A stretch of DNA of 64,000 nt from an uncultured Candidatus Saccharibacteria bacterium (GCA_964629815.1 CAZVTA010000001.1:189226-253225), one strand, 5' to 3'; positions 42,716 through 52,682 are shown, counted from the first letter of the stretch. The notes: a model not told the origin generated them from the letters alone. Numbers and translations: made by a program.

Positions 42716-43302
42716 TATTTAGACTCCTTTTTGCTCGCAGTTTTCTCAAACGGCATGCCTAGTTTTTCTAGGAGTGCGCGTGAATGTTCCACCTTTTCTG
42801 CACGAACAACAAACACTGCTTGTAGTCCATGAGCGGTTGTAGTTTCTTCGAATGTAAGTTCCGGGAAAACTGATTGGTCGACAAAGCCGACGCTAAAGTT
42901 GCCAGACTTATCGAATGCCGTTGCCTTAACACCGTGGAAGTCACGAAGCCGAGGCATAACAATGTTAACCAATCGATCCATAAATTCATACATACGGTCG
43001 CCTCGTAGGGTTACCTTGAGGCCGATTTTGTTGCCTTCTCGTAATTTGAACGAAGCGATAGACTTTCGGGCAATAGTTTCGATCGGCTGTTGCCCAGTGA
43101 TCTTTCGTAGAGTATTAGCAGCTACTTCGATCATTTTCTTATCGTCTTTTGCTTTACCAAGTCCAACGTTTACGACAATTTTTTCAAGTCGTGGCACCTG
43201 GTTAACGTTATCGAGCTTCAATTCATCTTTCAGTGCGCTCACCAATTCTTTGGTGTAGAGCTCTTTAAGTCGCGAAGTATACTGAGGAGTTGAGGTAGCC
43301 AT
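42715..43302 (-). CDS. rplE: 50S ribosomal protein uL5
   Basis: 195 aa; [12 protein letters not shown] and [12 protein letters not shown]. Confidence 0.96.
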   Translation of the reverse strand: MATSTPQYTSRLKELYTKELVSALKDELKLDNVNQVPRLEKIVVNVGLGKAKDDKKMIEVAANTLRKITGQQPIETIARKSIASFKLREGNKIGLKVTLRGDRMYEFMDRLVNIVMPRLRDFHGVKATAFDKSGNFSVGFVDQSVFPELTFEETTTAHGLQAVFVVRAEKVEHSRALLEKLGMPFEKTASKKESK

Positions 43303-43634
43303 TACTTGATCTCCTTTTTGTTCTGAGCGTATACGCGGGTTTTGTTACCATCTTTATCGAGCTTGTATGCAATACGCATTGGTTTCTTGCCGGTAGTATC
43401 CGCGATGCCAACTTTTGATACATAAATTGGTTTTGTTATCTCGATAATGCCACCCTGAGGGTATTGCTTATTTGGCTTTTGGTGCTTCTTAACAACATTA
43501 ATGCCTTCTACGGTAACTTTGTTAAGTCTTGGGTGAGTTGCAATAACTTTGCCTGACTTGCCTTTGTATTTACCGGTTCGGACAACAACAGTGTCACCCT
43601 TTTTTAGTCGAATTTTAAACATAGGAGTATTCAT
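43302..43634 (-). CDS. rplX: 50S ribosomal protein uL24
   Basis: 110 aa; KOW motif KKGDTVVVRTGKYKGKSGKV. Confidence 0.95.
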   Translation of the reverse strand: MNTPMFKIRLKKGDTVVVRTGKYKGKSGKVIATHPRLNKVTVEGINVVKKHQKPNKQYPQGGIIEITKPIYVSKVGIADTTGKKPMRIAYKLDKDGNKTRVYAQNKKEIK

Positions 43635-44002
43635 TATAGTACCTCCGGTGCAAGGCTGATTATTTTGGCGTATCCCATGTCGCGAAGTTCACGCGGCACA
43701 GGCCCAAAGATACGGGTAGCCTTGGGTAGTTTATCGTCACCAATAATAACTGCTGCATTGTCATCAAAACGAATGGTCGAACCGTCTTTACGACGTATTT
43801 GATCTCGTGAACGAACAACAACAGCTCGAACAACAGATTTCTTCTTTACGTTACCTTGCGGGTTAGCTTGTTTAACGGTTGCTACAATGACGTCACCAAC
43901 GCGTGCATAGCGACGGCGAGTACCACCAAGTACACGGATACACAAAATTTCTTTAGCGCCGCTGTTGTCACAGACAACGAGTCGTGATTCTTGTTGTATC
44001 AT
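43634..44002 (-). CDS. rplN: 50S ribosomal protein uL14
   Basis: 122 aa; [27 protein letters not shown]. Confidence 0.97.
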   Translation of the reverse strand: MIQQESRLVVCDNSGAKEILCIRVLGGTRRRYARVGDVIVATVKQANPQGNVKKKSVVRAVVVRSRDQIRRKDGSTIRFDDNAAVIIGDDKLPKATRIFGPVPRELRDMGYAKIISLAPEVL

Positions 44003-44220
44003 TACTGCACCTCGCTTTCGCTCGTGTATGAGAAGGGAGCTTCCCCTCTCATCGCGCCGGCGTTCAGCATAGCTGAACTGTCGGGCTGCTCATCCCTAAT
44101 CTGATTTACTGCATTCCAGAAAAGAGCAAGCTCTTCGCTAGTTGCGTCCAAAGGGGGCAAGGCAATCGCATCGCGCTCGGCATCGTTCAGTGATGCGTAT
44201 GTGATGAACTCTTCTCTCAT
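44002..44220 (-). CDS. Hypothetical acidic protein (72 aa) inserted between rpsQ and rplN
   Basis: ORF-track ORF with 1-nt stop/start overlaps to both neighbours, the same coupling style as the flanking r-protein genes. No family recognised. Confidence 0.5.
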   Translation of the reverse strand: MREEFITYASLNDAERDAIALPPLDATSEELALFWNAVNQIRDEQPDSSAMLNAGAMRGEAPFSYTSESEVQ

Positions 44221-44528
44221 TATTTTTCCTCGCCTTCTTGTTCAGTAGGTTCTGCAGTGATTGCTTCAACCGTTTCATCTTGGCTGATGAGCGGTCGCTC
44301 GATAATCTTATCGAGGATATATCGTTTTCGAGCACTCAATGGGCGTGTTTCACTGATAGAAACTTTGTCGCCGACACGTGCTTCGTTCTTCTCATCGTGA
44401 GCCATGAATTTTTTGGTCACAGAATATGCTTTTTTGTAGATTGGGTGTGTTTTGTGGCTCCGCACAGTAACGACAATGGTTTTATCGGTCTTGTCTGACG
44501 ATACGGTGCCAATAATAGTTTTAGCCAT
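44220..44528 (-). CDS. rpsQ: 30S ribosomal protein uS17
   Basis: 102 aa; GTVSSDKTDKTIVVTVRSHKTHPIYKK, with an acidic C-terminal tail. Confidence 0.95.
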   Translation of the reverse strand: MAKTIIGTVSSDKTDKTIVVTVRSHKTHPIYKKAYSVTKKFMAHDEKNEARVGDKVSISETRPLSARKRYILDKIIERPLISQDETVEAITAEPTEQEGEEK

Positions 44529-44728
44529 TATGCGTTCTCCTTTGCGAGCTGTTCGCTCAGTACTGTTAGGACACGAGCAAGATCTTTACGCTTGTGACGA
44601 ATCACACGAACATTTTGCAGTTCGCCCATGTGTACACGGCGCTTTAATTCGACAATTTCTTCACGAAGCTTGGTTGATTCCTTCGCGAGGTCGGCAGTTT
44701 GTAATTTACGGATTTCAGTCATTTTCAT
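44528..44728 (-). CDS. rpmC: 50S ribosomal protein uL29
   Basis: 66 aa; LREEIVELKRRVHMGELQNVRVIRHKRKDLARV. Confidence 0.93.
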   Translation of the reverse strand: MKMTEIRKLQTADLAKESTKLREEIVELKRRVHMGELQNVRVIRHKRKDLARVLTVLSEQLAKENA

Positions 44729-44732
44729 GATC

Positions 44733-45146
44733 TTATGCCTCCTCCCGGACTAAAAACTTAGTCTTGATTGGTAGCTTGTGGCTGGCGAGTCGCATTGCTT
44801 CTCGTGCAACTTCTTCGCTTACGCCCTGCATTTCAAACAAAATAGTGCCAGGTCGTACTTTTGCGACGAAGTATTCAGGGTTACCTTTACCGCTACCCAT
44901 CTTTACGTCCTGTGGTTTTTTAGTGACAGGTGTATGAGGGAATATACGGATCCAGATTTTACCACCACGTTTGATGTAGCGAGTCATTGCCTGTCGAGCT
45001 GCTTCAATTTGGCGGCTGGTGATTCGCTCTGAGCCCTGGCTCTGTAGTGCGAAATCGCCAAACGCAATGTAGTTGCCGCTGGTAGCGACACCAGTAATGC
45101 GTCCTTTACGTACCTTTCGGTACTTGGTTCGGTTTGGTAATAACAT
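44733..45146 (-). CDS. rplP: 50S ribosomal protein uL16
   Basis: 137 aa; [16 protein letters not shown] and [17 protein letters not shown]. Confidence 0.97.
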   Translation of the reverse strand: MLLPNRTKYRKVRKGRITGVATSGNYIAFGDFALQSQGSERITSRQIEAARQAMTRYIKRGGKIWIRIFPHTPVTKKPQDVKMGSGKGNPEYFVAKVRPGTILFEMQGVSEEVAREAMRLASHKLPIKTKFLVREEA

Positions 45147-45775
45147 TAACTTACCTCCCCTTTGTAGATCCAGACTTTAACACCGATAACGCCTGCAGGT
45201 GTTTGTGCGCGGGCAGCTGCGTAGTCGATATCTGCGCGAATGGTATGAAGTGGCACACTGCCTTGAACTTCTTTCTCGCGTCGTGACATTTCAGCGCCAT
45301 TAAGTCGGCCGGCTACCTCGATACGAATACCTTGTGCACCTGCGCGCATGGTAGCAGCGGCTGTTGACTTAATTGCACGACGGAATGAAATACGTCGTTC
45401 GAGCTGGTGTGCAATGTTTTCCGCAACAAGCTTTGCGTAGAGTTCTGGTTTCTTTACTTCTTCGATATTGACGCGGGTTTGTGTGCCAAAGATTTTCTCG
45501 ATAGCAGCTTTTAGTTCTTGTGCGCCAGCACCACCGCGACCAATAACAACACCAGCTTTTGCGGTGTAGACAGTTACGGTTACGAGGTTTGGTGATCGTT
45601 CGATGTCGACTTTGTTGATAGCAGCACGGCTACCAAGTTTTTTGTCGATGAGTGTACGAACAGCCAAATCTTGTGCAAGGTACGTAGCATATTCGCGCTT
45701 GTTTGCGAACCATTTACTGCGCCACTCTTTATTGACTTGGAGTCGCATGCTAATAGGATTTACTTTTTGTCCCAT
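45146..45775 (-). CDS. rpsC: 30S ribosomal protein uS3
   Basis: 209 aa; [24 protein letters not shown], with a KH domain. Confidence 0.97.
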   Translation of the reverse strand: MGQKVNPISMRLQVNKEWRSKWFANKREYATYLAQDLAVRTLIDKKLGSRAAINKVDIERSPNLVTVTVYTAKAGVVIGRGGAGAQELKAAIEKIFGTQTRVNIEEVKKPELYAKLVAENIAHQLERRISFRRAIKSTAAATMRAGAQGIRIEVAGRLNGAEMSRREKEVQGSVPLHTIRADIDYAAARAQTPAGVIGVKVWIYKGEVS

Positions 45776-46149
45776 TACTTGGCCTCCTTTTTGGTGGTTG
45801 TCTTCTTAGGTGCACGGACTTCGCCATCTACTACAACACGAATATGGCTAGAGCGTCGCATGAAAGGTAGCGCGCGACCATGTGCTGCTGGACGGTATCG
45901 TTTAATGCGTGCGCCTGGTGAAACACTAATCTCGGTAATACGGAGGGTGTCTGCTTTGTAGTTGTGATTGTTTTCAGCGTTTGCTTTGGCGCTTTCGATA
46001 GCTTTTTTAACAGGAAGTGCTGCACGACGTGAAGTGTGCGAAAGAATAACAACAGCATCTGCTACGGTACGGCCACGAACGAGGCTTGCAACAACGCCAA
46101 CCTTGCGTGGGCTCATACGAACACCTTTAGCAACAGCTATAACGCTCAT
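45775..46149 (-). CDS. rplV: 50S ribosomal protein uL22
   Basis: 124 aa; VRMSPRKVGVVASLVRGRTVADA. Confidence 0.95.
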   Translation of the reverse strand: MSVIAVAKGVRMSPRKVGVVASLVRGRTVADAVVILSHTSRRAALPVKKAIESAKANAENNHNYKADTLRITEISVSPGARIKRYRPAAHGRALPFMRRSSHIRVVVDGEVRAPKKTTTKKEAK

Positions 46150-46424
46150 TATTTCTTTCCTTTCGCAAGCTTACCACCGTGGCTACGGAATTTACGTGTG
46201 GGGCTAAATTCACCAAGTTTGTGGCCAACCATATTTTCAGTAATAAATACTGGTACATGAACGCGGCCGTTGTGAACAGCAACCGTGTAACCAACAAATT
46301 CAGGTGCAATTGTAGAGCTACGAGCCCATGTTTTGATGATGGTTCGATCTTCGTTGCCAAGTGCTGCAATTTTCTTTGCAAGCTTTGGGTCTACAAATGG
46401 TCCTTTTTTCAGTGATCGACTCAT
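46149..46424 (-). CDS. rpsS: 30S ribosomal protein uS19
   Basis: 91 aa; [15 protein letters not shown] and [26 protein letters not shown]. Confidence 0.97.
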   Translation of the reverse strand: MSRSLKKGPFVDPKLAKKIAALGNEDRTIIKTWARSSTIAPEFVGYTVAVHNGRVHVPVFITENMVGHKLGEFSPTRKFRSHGGKLAKGKK

Positions 46425-46427
46425 ACG

Positions 46428-47264
46428 TTATTTCCTCTTTGCCGCATGTCGGCTCTTAACAATAAACTTATTAGTGCTCTTGCGAGTACGTGTCTTATAA
46501 CCAAGTGTCTTCTGGCCCCATGGGGTTCGAGGGTCTTTAGCGGTACCGTGTCGTCCACCGTCACCACCACCGTGTGGGTGATCTGCCGCGTTCATAACAA
46601 CACCGCGTACTGTTGGGCGGATGCCTTTACGACGGGTGCGACCAGCTTTACCAACTTTGATGTTTTGGTGCTGTTCGTTGCCAAGGCGACCGATGCTTGC
46701 ACTACATTCTAGTAGTACCGAGCGAACTTCGCCGCTTGGTAGGCGTACCTGTGCGTAGTCACCTTCTTTGGCCATAAGCTGTGCACCAGTACCTGCACTG
46801 CGTACAAGCTGTGCGCCACGGCCAGGCTGAAGCTCAATAGCATAAATAACAGTACCAACGGGGATATTCTTGATTGGCAAACGGTTACCATTTTCGATAG
46901 CTACTTCTTCGCCAGCTTGAATTTTTTGTCCAACTTTCATGCTTTTTGCGGCAAGGATGTAATGGTATGTGCCAGTCGTATCTTTTATGCGTGCAATACG
47001 CGCGCTACGGTTTGGATCGTATTCGATCGCTTCAATAGTTGCGGTTACGCCAGATTCTAGCTTAAAGTTTACCAAGCGATAGAACTTGCGTGCGCCACCA
47101 CCACGATGACGTACAGTAATGCGGCCTTGGCTGTTGCGACCACTTTGTTGCTTTTTAACGACAAGCAGACTCTTTAGTGGTTTCTTTGCTGTAATTTCGC
47201 TTGTATCTTGCGAAGTCATGCCGCGTCGGCCAGGAGTGGTCGGGTTGTATGCTTTAATAGCCAT
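46428..47264 (-). CDS. rplB: 50S ribosomal protein uL2
   Basis: 278 aa; RHRGGGARKFYR and MNAADHPHGGGDGG. Confidence 0.97.
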   Translation of the reverse strand: MAIKAYNPTTPGRRGMTSQDTSEITAKKPLKSLLVVKKQQSGRNSQGRITVRHRGGGARKFYRLVNFKLESGVTATIEAIEYDPNRSARIARIKDTTGTYHYILAAKSMKVGQKIQAGEEVAIENGNRLPIKNIPVGTVIYAIELQPGRGAQLVRSAGTGAQLMAKEGDYAQVRLPSGEVRSVLLECSASIGRLGNEQHQNIKVGKAGRTRRKGIRPTVRGVVMNAADHPHGGGDGGRHGTAKDPRTPWGQKTLGYKTRTRKSTNKFIVKSRHAAKRK

Positions 47265-47623
47265 TACTTTGTCTCCTTGCTAGCAGTCTTTTTGGTCTTC
47301 TTTGGATCAGCTGCTTTTGGCTCAGCTTCTTCAGGAACGTCGAAGAATGGCAAACGATGACCCTCTTTTAGGGTGACGTAGGCCTTCTTGATATCTGCTC
47401 GGCTAGCGGTAATAGCGCGACTTCGTTTTCGGTAGCTACTTACGGCTTTTCCTTTAGCGACCAGAGTTTTAACGCTGGCGACTTCAACACCAAACTGTTT
47501 TTCTACTGCTTCTGCAATAACGTTACGATTTGTGTTAGCAGGAACGGTAAAGACATACACGTTCTTGGTTTGGCTAAGCGCATAGGCTTTTTCGCTAATG
47601 CGTGGCTTTAGAACAATGTTCAT
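47264..47623 (-). CDS. rplW: 50S ribosomal protein uL23 with Lys-rich C-terminal tail
   Basis: 119 aa; VLKPRISEKAYALSQTKNVYVFTV. Confidence 0.94.
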   Translation of the reverse strand: MNIVLKPRISEKAYALSQTKNVYVFTVPANTNRNVIAEAVEKQFGVEVASVKTLVAKGKAVSSYRKRSRAITASRADIKKAYVTLKEGHRLPFFDVPEEAEPKAADPKKTKKTASKETK

Positions 47624-48276
47624 TATTTTGCCTCCGCTTTCTTTGCCTCACCAAGCCATGCAGAGATGATCTCGGTTGATTTCTTTTCAATTAGAATTGT
47701 GTCGGCATTCATAACATCGAAAACGTTGAGGTTTTGTGCGTATACGGCTTTTACACCAGGAAGGTTGTTCGTTGCACGGTTTACAAGGGCGTCTTTTTCG
47801 CTTACAACAATGAGCACCTTACGGCCGGCATTAACTTTCTTGAGAAGACTGAGTGTTGAGCTTACTTTACCGTCTTTGCAATCAAATGCTTCAATTACCG
47901 CTACTTTGTTTGCGGCAGTTGCAAGGCTAAGCGCTTGTTTGATAGCAAGTCGTTTCGCTTTGGTGTTCATCTCTTTACGGTAGTTTTCATTACCTGTTGG
48001 GCCGAATACGATACCACCACCGCGCCAAATTGGGTTTCTGGTAGAACCAAAACGTGCTCGGCCGGTGCCTTTTTGCTTCCATGGTTTTTTACCGCCACCA
48101 CTTACAAGTCCGCGTGTCTTTACAACAGCAAGATTCTCACGGCCGTTTGCGAGGTACGATACATAGGCTTGCTTAACAAGCTCGTGATTATCGACACTGA
48201 GTTCGAATACGTTCTTGTCAAGCTTAACGCTAGTTGTAGCCTTGGTTCCCGTTTTTGTGTAAGTAGTCACGCTCAT
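47623..48276 (-). CDS. rplD: 50S ribosomal protein uL4
   Basis: PWKQKGTGRARFGSTRNPIWRGGGIVFGP. ATG 48276 (MSVTTYTK) lies just after the rplC stop and is preferred over the longer track ORF. Confidence 0.95.
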   Translation of the reverse strand: MSVTTYTKTGTKATTSVKLDKNVFELSVDNHELVKQAYVSYLANGRENLAVVKTRGLVSGGGKKPWKQKGTGRARFGSTRNPIWRGGGIVFGPTGNENYRKEMNTKAKRLAIKQALSLATAANKVAVIEAFDCKDGKVSSTLSLLKKVNAGRKVLIVVSEKDALVNRATNNLPGVKAVYAQNLNVFDVMNADTILIEKKSTEIISAWLGEAKKAEAK

Positions 48277-48277
48277 G

Positions 48278-48892
48278 TTAGTTAACTCCTCGCACCAAAA
48301 CGATGCTTTTCTTTGGGCCTGGCACTGCACCAACGACGCCGATTACATTCATGTCTGTATCTACAAGGGCAACCTTAAGGCCGCTGGTAGTTACGCGGGT
48401 GGCGCCGTACTGACCTGCCATTTTCTTGCCTTTAAAGATACGCTGCGGATACATAGAACCAATTGAACCAACTTTTCGGGTATTACCCTTACCACCGTGT
48501 GTTTTGCGCTGTCGGTGGAAATTGTGGCGCTTGATAGTTCCTGCCCAGCCCTTACCTTTGCTGGTACCCGTTACTTTTACTTCGTCACCAACAGAAAAGA
48601 CCTCTGCTGTAAGGGTGTTGCCTAGAGCGAGGTCTTCTTGATGGTCTTCGATACGAAATTCGCGAATGACTTTGCAAGCTGCTTCAGATGCTTTGAGATG
48701 TCCTGCAATAGCTTTGCCGAGCTTGCTCATTGTTTCGGTGCCGAGTTGCACTGCATTATAACCGTCTTTTTCTACGGTCTTAAGCTGAGTAACCACATTT
48801 GGTTGAACAGAAAGCAACGTTACCGGAACAAGGCTACCATCTTCTGAAATGATGCTAGACATACCGACTTTACGTGTAATGAGTGCTTTCAT
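48278..48892 (-). CDS. rplC: 50S ribosomal protein uL3
   Basis: 204 aa; MKALITRKVGMSSI and GTSKGKGWAGTIKRHNF. Confidence 0.97.
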   Translation of the reverse strand: MKALITRKVGMSSIISEDGSLVPVTLLSVQPNVVTQLKTVEKDGYNAVQLGTETMSKLGKAIAGHLKASEAACKVIREFRIEDHQEDLALGNTLTAEVFSVGDEVKVTGTSKGKGWAGTIKRHNFHRQRKTHGGKGNTRKVGSIGSMYPQRIFKGKKMAGQYGATRVTTSGLKVALVDTDMNVIGVVGAVPGPKKSIVLVRGVN

Positions 48893-49020
48893 AGTTCCTT
48901 CTCTTTTTCGTTTTGGCTATTGGCCAGACATTAAAACACTTGGTTGTTGGTGGTATTCACCCCTGTTACAGGAACCGTGAACCTATCAACTCACCAAGAG
49001 ATTTATTGATATACCGTAAT

Positions 49021-49049
49021 AGATTACCAAAAAACCTCTAATCTGTCAA
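49021..49049 (-). promoter_or_regulatory. Sigma70-like promoter TTGACA-N17-TAATCT upstream of rplC
   Basis: Motif reading. A ~120-nt leader follows, containing hairpin GGTTCACGGTTCCTGTAACAGGGGTGAATACC. Confidence 0.45.
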
Positions 49050-49057
49050 TCTGTTGT

Positions 49058-49528
49058 CTATTCTACTGCATTATAATTACGATTGGTAAAATATTCGGTT
49101 TTATCGTACAGCTTGTCTTCGCCTGGGCCTGATCGATCTTCGCAGAAGTGAACCTCAATAATTCCAAACGGAAGTTCTGTGGCATCTGTAGCACGTAACG
49201 CCGCAAAGTTGTTGCTTGTAGTTTCTATGGGTGCCTCTTGGTCTGTAATATATGTACCCATAGGATCATCGGGATTATCGAAATATCCGAATATAGTCCC
49301 GTCGGCTTCTACTCCGCAATAGTTTAATACTGATTGAGCTCCCTTGTGCGTGAGACGCATATCGAAAACGCTCGGATCTTTTGTTTCCATTACTTCTAGA
49401 AGATCATCAGCCGTGATTTCCGAGGAGTATTGGGCAAGTTGACCTAGATTATTATAAATATGGTTTATTCGTGCGAAGTCATCAAGATTTATTGCGACGT
49501 CATAACGAACAACATGTATATTATTCAT
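49058..49528 (-). CDS. Hypothetical acidic protein (156 aa)
   Basis: ATG 49528 lies 6 nt downstream of extended -10 TGTTATAAT (49543-49535) with no SD, so it is a leaderless candidate. The track ORF extends to 49615. AT-rich by eye; no family recognised. Confidence 0.5.
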   Translation of the reverse strand: MNNIHVVRYDVAINLDDFARINHIYNNLGQLAQYSSEITADDLLEVMETKDPSVFDMRLTHKGAQSVLNYCGVEADGTIFGYFDNPDDPMGTYITDQEAPIETTSNNFAALRATDATELPFGIIEVHFCEDRSGPGEDKLYDKTEYFTNRNYNAVE

Positions 49529-49643
49529 GCAGATATTATAACACAAAAAGCAAAACAGCGCTAGTTTCGCTGTATGCTCGGTCTGTTCATGGTGAATATA
49601 AACAATTCTACCCATGAATGGCGTATCGTTCGAGACGAAATTA

Positions 49644-50399
49644 CTACTCTATGGCAAGTGCTTGTTGTCGCCTTTCAGGAGTTAATGAATTTGCAAGAAT
49701 TATTCTCCGTATGCTTGAACCAATGCCTGTGCGTGCATATCCAATACCGTCATTTGGCTGTATTTTTATTGCTTCAGGCACAAGACTGGGGCCAAAATAG
49801 AACAAAGGATCTTGCAATTCATCTACAGCACACAAGATATCTTCAGTACTTGCTGGTTTTGATATGATACTTGTAATTTTATCACCCGAAGTATCTAGTA
49901 GTATAGGGATCCGATATCTATCAGACGATACTCCGTCAACACTAATATTTTCTGCGTCTATTCGGAGTGAAGACTCTCGTTTAGTGGTCACTAGTGCTGC
50001 CCTAATGGCTCGAATTGGAAAAGCTATTGAACCGCCAATGTCTGTATTGTATTGCCAGATATGTAGATACTCGTCTTCGGTTCCCTTTTCTGTGTCTGTT
50101 ATAGCTGGGAAGCCTCCAATATATCCTTCCTGTATTTGATGGTGGTATCTATCTACAGCTGGTGCCCAATACTCAAAGTCATCATAGGTAGCATTGGTTA
50201 TTTGACGCCTACCTTGTGAGTTTTTGTGCCAAGTATTGATCCAAGATGTATCCATCGCGTCTTGATCGACTAAAATTCTAGCCATACGTGGGTGTTGTAA
50301 GTAACTATTTTGTTCTAGCCCAAGCAGCTCAGCGTTCAATACTGGTACTGCATCACCTTCTATTATTGCGCTCATATGTTCATAGTACATGACTAGCAT
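49644..50399 (-). CDS. Hypothetical protein (251 aa)
   Basis: ORF-track ORF, AT-rich by eye. No family recognised. Confidence 0.55.
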   Translation of the reverse strand: MLVMYYEHMSAIIEGDAVPVLNAELLGLEQNSYLQHPRMARILVDQDAMDTSWINTWHKNSQGRRQITNATYDDFEYWAPAVDRYHHQIQEGYIGGFPAITDTEKGTEDEYLHIWQYNTDIGGSIAFPIRAIRAALVTTKRESSLRIDAENISVDGVSSDRYRIPILLDTSGDKITSIISKPASTEDILCAVDELQDPLFYFGPSLVPEAIKIQPNDGIGYARTGIGSSIRRIILANSLTPERRQQALAIE

Positions 50400-50420
50400 G
50401 CAATAGCCAAAAGCGGCTTG

Positions 50421-50702
50421 CTACAGATGAAGATACGTACCCATCGGTAGCCAGAAGCCAATAAACATAGCTATAAGCAGCACCGCGTACTCGATTTTGC
50501 GATCTAAGCGAAAATGCTCTTGGCTTGCAAATAAAAGCCCAATGATGAGGCCAATTGGCACCGGCAGTTCACTGCCTTTATCGACAGAAACATATAGCCA
50601 TTGCGAACCAAGAATTAAAAAGAGCACAAGTTTTAAGATGTAAACGCTGTCAAGCTTGTTGGGATTGGTAGTTTTTGTTTTCTTTGCTTTAGCCATAAGC
50701 AC
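50421..50702 (-). CDS. Small membrane protein (93 aa, ~3 TM)
   Basis: ORF-track ORF with a basic N-terminus followed by hydrophobic helices. Overlaps the Nudix gene stop by 1 nt. Confidence 0.55.
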   Translation of the reverse strand: MLMAKAKKTKTTNPNKLDSVYILKLVLFLILGSQWLYVSVDKGSELPVPIGLIIGLLFASQEHFRLDRKIEYAVLLIAMFIGFWLPMGTYLHL

Positions 50703-51178
50703 TATTGTAACAGATTGTGCTTTTTAGCGATGCGAATCGCGTGGTGGAGCATGCTGTGTTGGGGCTCTGGTAAGTTTGATAGGTTAAACCAGCCAATCTC
50801 GTCGATTTTGTGCGGTTCGCCGACAACAATGTTTTTGGGGTCTACAAGAACTTTGAAGTTTATCGCTACCCAATGTGTGGGTGTGCCTTTATTGTCTCTG
50901 AGTGCGGTGTAGACTTCTGTAAAGCTGTAATCCAGTGGTTTAGCGCAATATTCTTCCATGACTTCACGTTCTAAAGCATCTTCAAGCGTCTCGCCAAATT
51001 CAACAGCTCCCCCGCCAATATCCCACTTGCCTTGTTCATCACGACAGTTTTTGCTTCTTTTCTGCAATAAGATATTGCCTTTACCATCGTGTATAAGGAA
51101 GTTTACAGTTACTCCGATATGATCGACGCCTCGACGTAAGTCTGTCTTTTCATTCGCTTGTTTCACCTGTTTTGCCAT
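50702..51178 (-). CDS. Nudix hydrolase
   Basis: Nudix box GGGAVEFGETLEDALEREVMEEYC. ATG 51178 lies 6 nt downstream of TACTAT (51190-51185). The longer track ORF would run into the rpsJ terminator. Confidence 0.85.
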   Translation of the reverse strand: MAKQVKQANEKTDLRRGVDHIGVTVNFLIHDGKGNILLQKRSKNCRDEQGKWDIGGGAVEFGETLEDALEREVMEEYCAKPLDYSFTEVYTALRDNKGTPTHWVAINFKVLVDPKNIVVGEPHKIDEIGWFNLSNLPEPQHSMLHHAIRIAKKHNLLQ

Positions 51179-51224
51179 ACATCCATAGTACACCAGTATG
51201 GGAAGAGCAGTAACGGTTTTGCAT

Positions 51225-51250
51225 AGCAAAAAGCCGGATTAACTCCGGCT
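51225..51250 (-). terminator. Rho-independent terminator after rpsJ
   Basis: Minus strand AGCCGGA-GTTAA-TCCGGCT followed by TTTTTGCT. Confidence 0.75.
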
Positions 51251-51287
51251 AGTTACGATGAGAAACCCTACAAGGGCGTCTCATTAC

Positions 51288-51614
51288 TTACATTTTAATT
51301 TCGGCATCACAGCCAGCGGGCAAACTGATGCTCATAAGACTGTCAATGGTCTTTGGTGTTGGGTCGAGTACATCGATAAGGCGCTTGTGTACACGCATTT
51401 CGAATTGTTCACGGCCTTTTTTGTATACGTGGGGGCTTTTGACAACAGTATAGGTTGTTCGCTTAGTTGGAAGTGGAATTGGCCCTGCAATGGTTGCACC
51501 GGTACGTAGTGCAGTGTCTACGATCTGCTTTGCAGACTGATCAATTACCTTGTGGTCGTATGCTTTAAGGCGGATACGAATCCGTTGCTTAGTGTCTTTG
51601 TTGGTCTCAGACAT
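51288..51614 (-). CDS. rpsJ: 30S ribosomal protein uS10
   Basis: 108 aa; [23 protein letters not shown] and GPIPLPT. Confidence 0.97.
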   Translation of the reverse strand: MSETNKDTKQRIRIRLKAYDHKVIDQSAKQIVDTALRTGATIAGPIPLPTKRTTYTVVKSPHVYKKGREQFEMRVHKRLIDVLDPTPKTIDSLMSISLPAGCDAEIKM

Positions 51615-51733
51615 ATAGAATATATTCCTTTCATATTCTAGTGATGTAACATCTTTTGCGAGCTATACAGAGCTTACGCAAACGACTTTTAGTCATCACA
51701 CTTAATTTACTGCCTTATTCTATAACAAAATTA

Positions 51734-51994
51734 TTAATTTGGGAAGAGTTCTTGTGGTTCGCTCGGGAATTCTCTATGTACTGCACTATGCAATACAGCG
51801 TCTGCTATGATGGCAGCCTTCCTAAAACCCGAGAATGCAGCATAGCCCAGGTCTGCTAACCAAAAACGCACACCCGGCATTTCTTGGTCTAGCATATCTG
51901 CAAGGTGCCAGTATCGTTCGCTTTTGGCGCGTGCATATGCTAGATGACTCGCATATGGTTCCTCAAGACGTAACGACAGATATTCTTCGCTCAT
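51734..51994 (-). CDS. Hypothetical protein (86 aa)
   Basis: ORF-track ORF whose start overlaps the stop of the upstream 85-aa ORF by 4 nt (ATGA). Confidence 0.5.
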   Translation of the reverse strand: MSEEYLSLRLEEPYASHLAYARAKSERYWHLADMLDQEMPGVRFWLADLGYAAFSGFRKAAIIADAVLHSAVHREFPSEPQELFPN

Positions 51995-52248
51995 ACATTA
52001 ACTTCTAGTGTTGGCCGATACTCAATTGATAGCTCGTTCCTGACAAATGCGCTGGCTAGATTCGCAAGCAGCCGAACTTTTTTTACACGGATGGCCGCTT
52101 CGCATATATGCGCGCACGCAGGATTCTCTGCTGCAGCCCATTCCAATGTACGGATTCCAGCTACGCTTTCGTCAATAGCCGTGAGTCTTCTACTAGGTGC
52201 GGAAGCGATTAGTAAAGTTGGCTGTTCATGAGTTTGTTCTTGTTCCAT
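51991..52248 (-). CDS. Hypothetical protein (85 aa)
   Basis: ORF-track ORF with a TATAAT box followed by SD AGGAG upstream. Confidence 0.5.
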   Translation of the reverse strand: MEQEQTHEQPTLLIASAPSRRLTAIDESVAGIRTLEWAAAENPACAHICEAAIRVKKVRLLANLASAFVRNELSIEYRPTLEVNV

Positions 52249-52283
52249 CGAAGCTCCTAATAAACATATTATACATCATTGTG

Positions 52284-52652
52284 TTATCGCCGAGATTGGT
52301 CGATCCAACGGCGCAAATCGCTTAGCATTCCCCCTGCTTCATCGGTACCTATAGGGTAAACAACTATGGTGCTCGCGTAATGAGGATACAGTTGCTCTAG
52401 CTGTGTTCTGCGCGAAACTATGTAGCGTGTTGGGTCTATGTCTCTTTGGGTGAATTCGCTTGCAAATTGAACCTTTTTTACGACAATCTTATCACGAACT
52501 ACTTCTGTGGTAAGTGCGTAGGCACCAAACATGCGGGTATCGAATCGTACGACAGATTCAAGATTCTCTATTGATTCTCTATAAACCTCGCCAAGATTAA
52601 CAAGCGTTGGTAGCTCGATGAGTGCTTGTTCTGGTGGCGTACTGTCTGTCAT
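52284..52652 (-). CDS. Hypothetical protein (122 aa)
   Basis: ATG 52652 (MTDSTPPEQ) lies 6 nt downstream of TACAAT (52664-52659). The track start at 52670 is a TTG inside that promoter-like motif. Confidence 0.5.
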   Translation of the reverse strand: MTDSTPPEQALIELPTLVNLGEVYRESIENLESVVRFDTRMFGAYALTTEVVRDKIVVKKVQFASEFTQRDIDPTRYIVSRRTQLEQLYPHYASTIVVYPIGTDEAGGMLSDLRRWIDQSRR

Positions 52653-52682
52653 GGCTGTATTGTAATACAAAAGAACCGGTTT

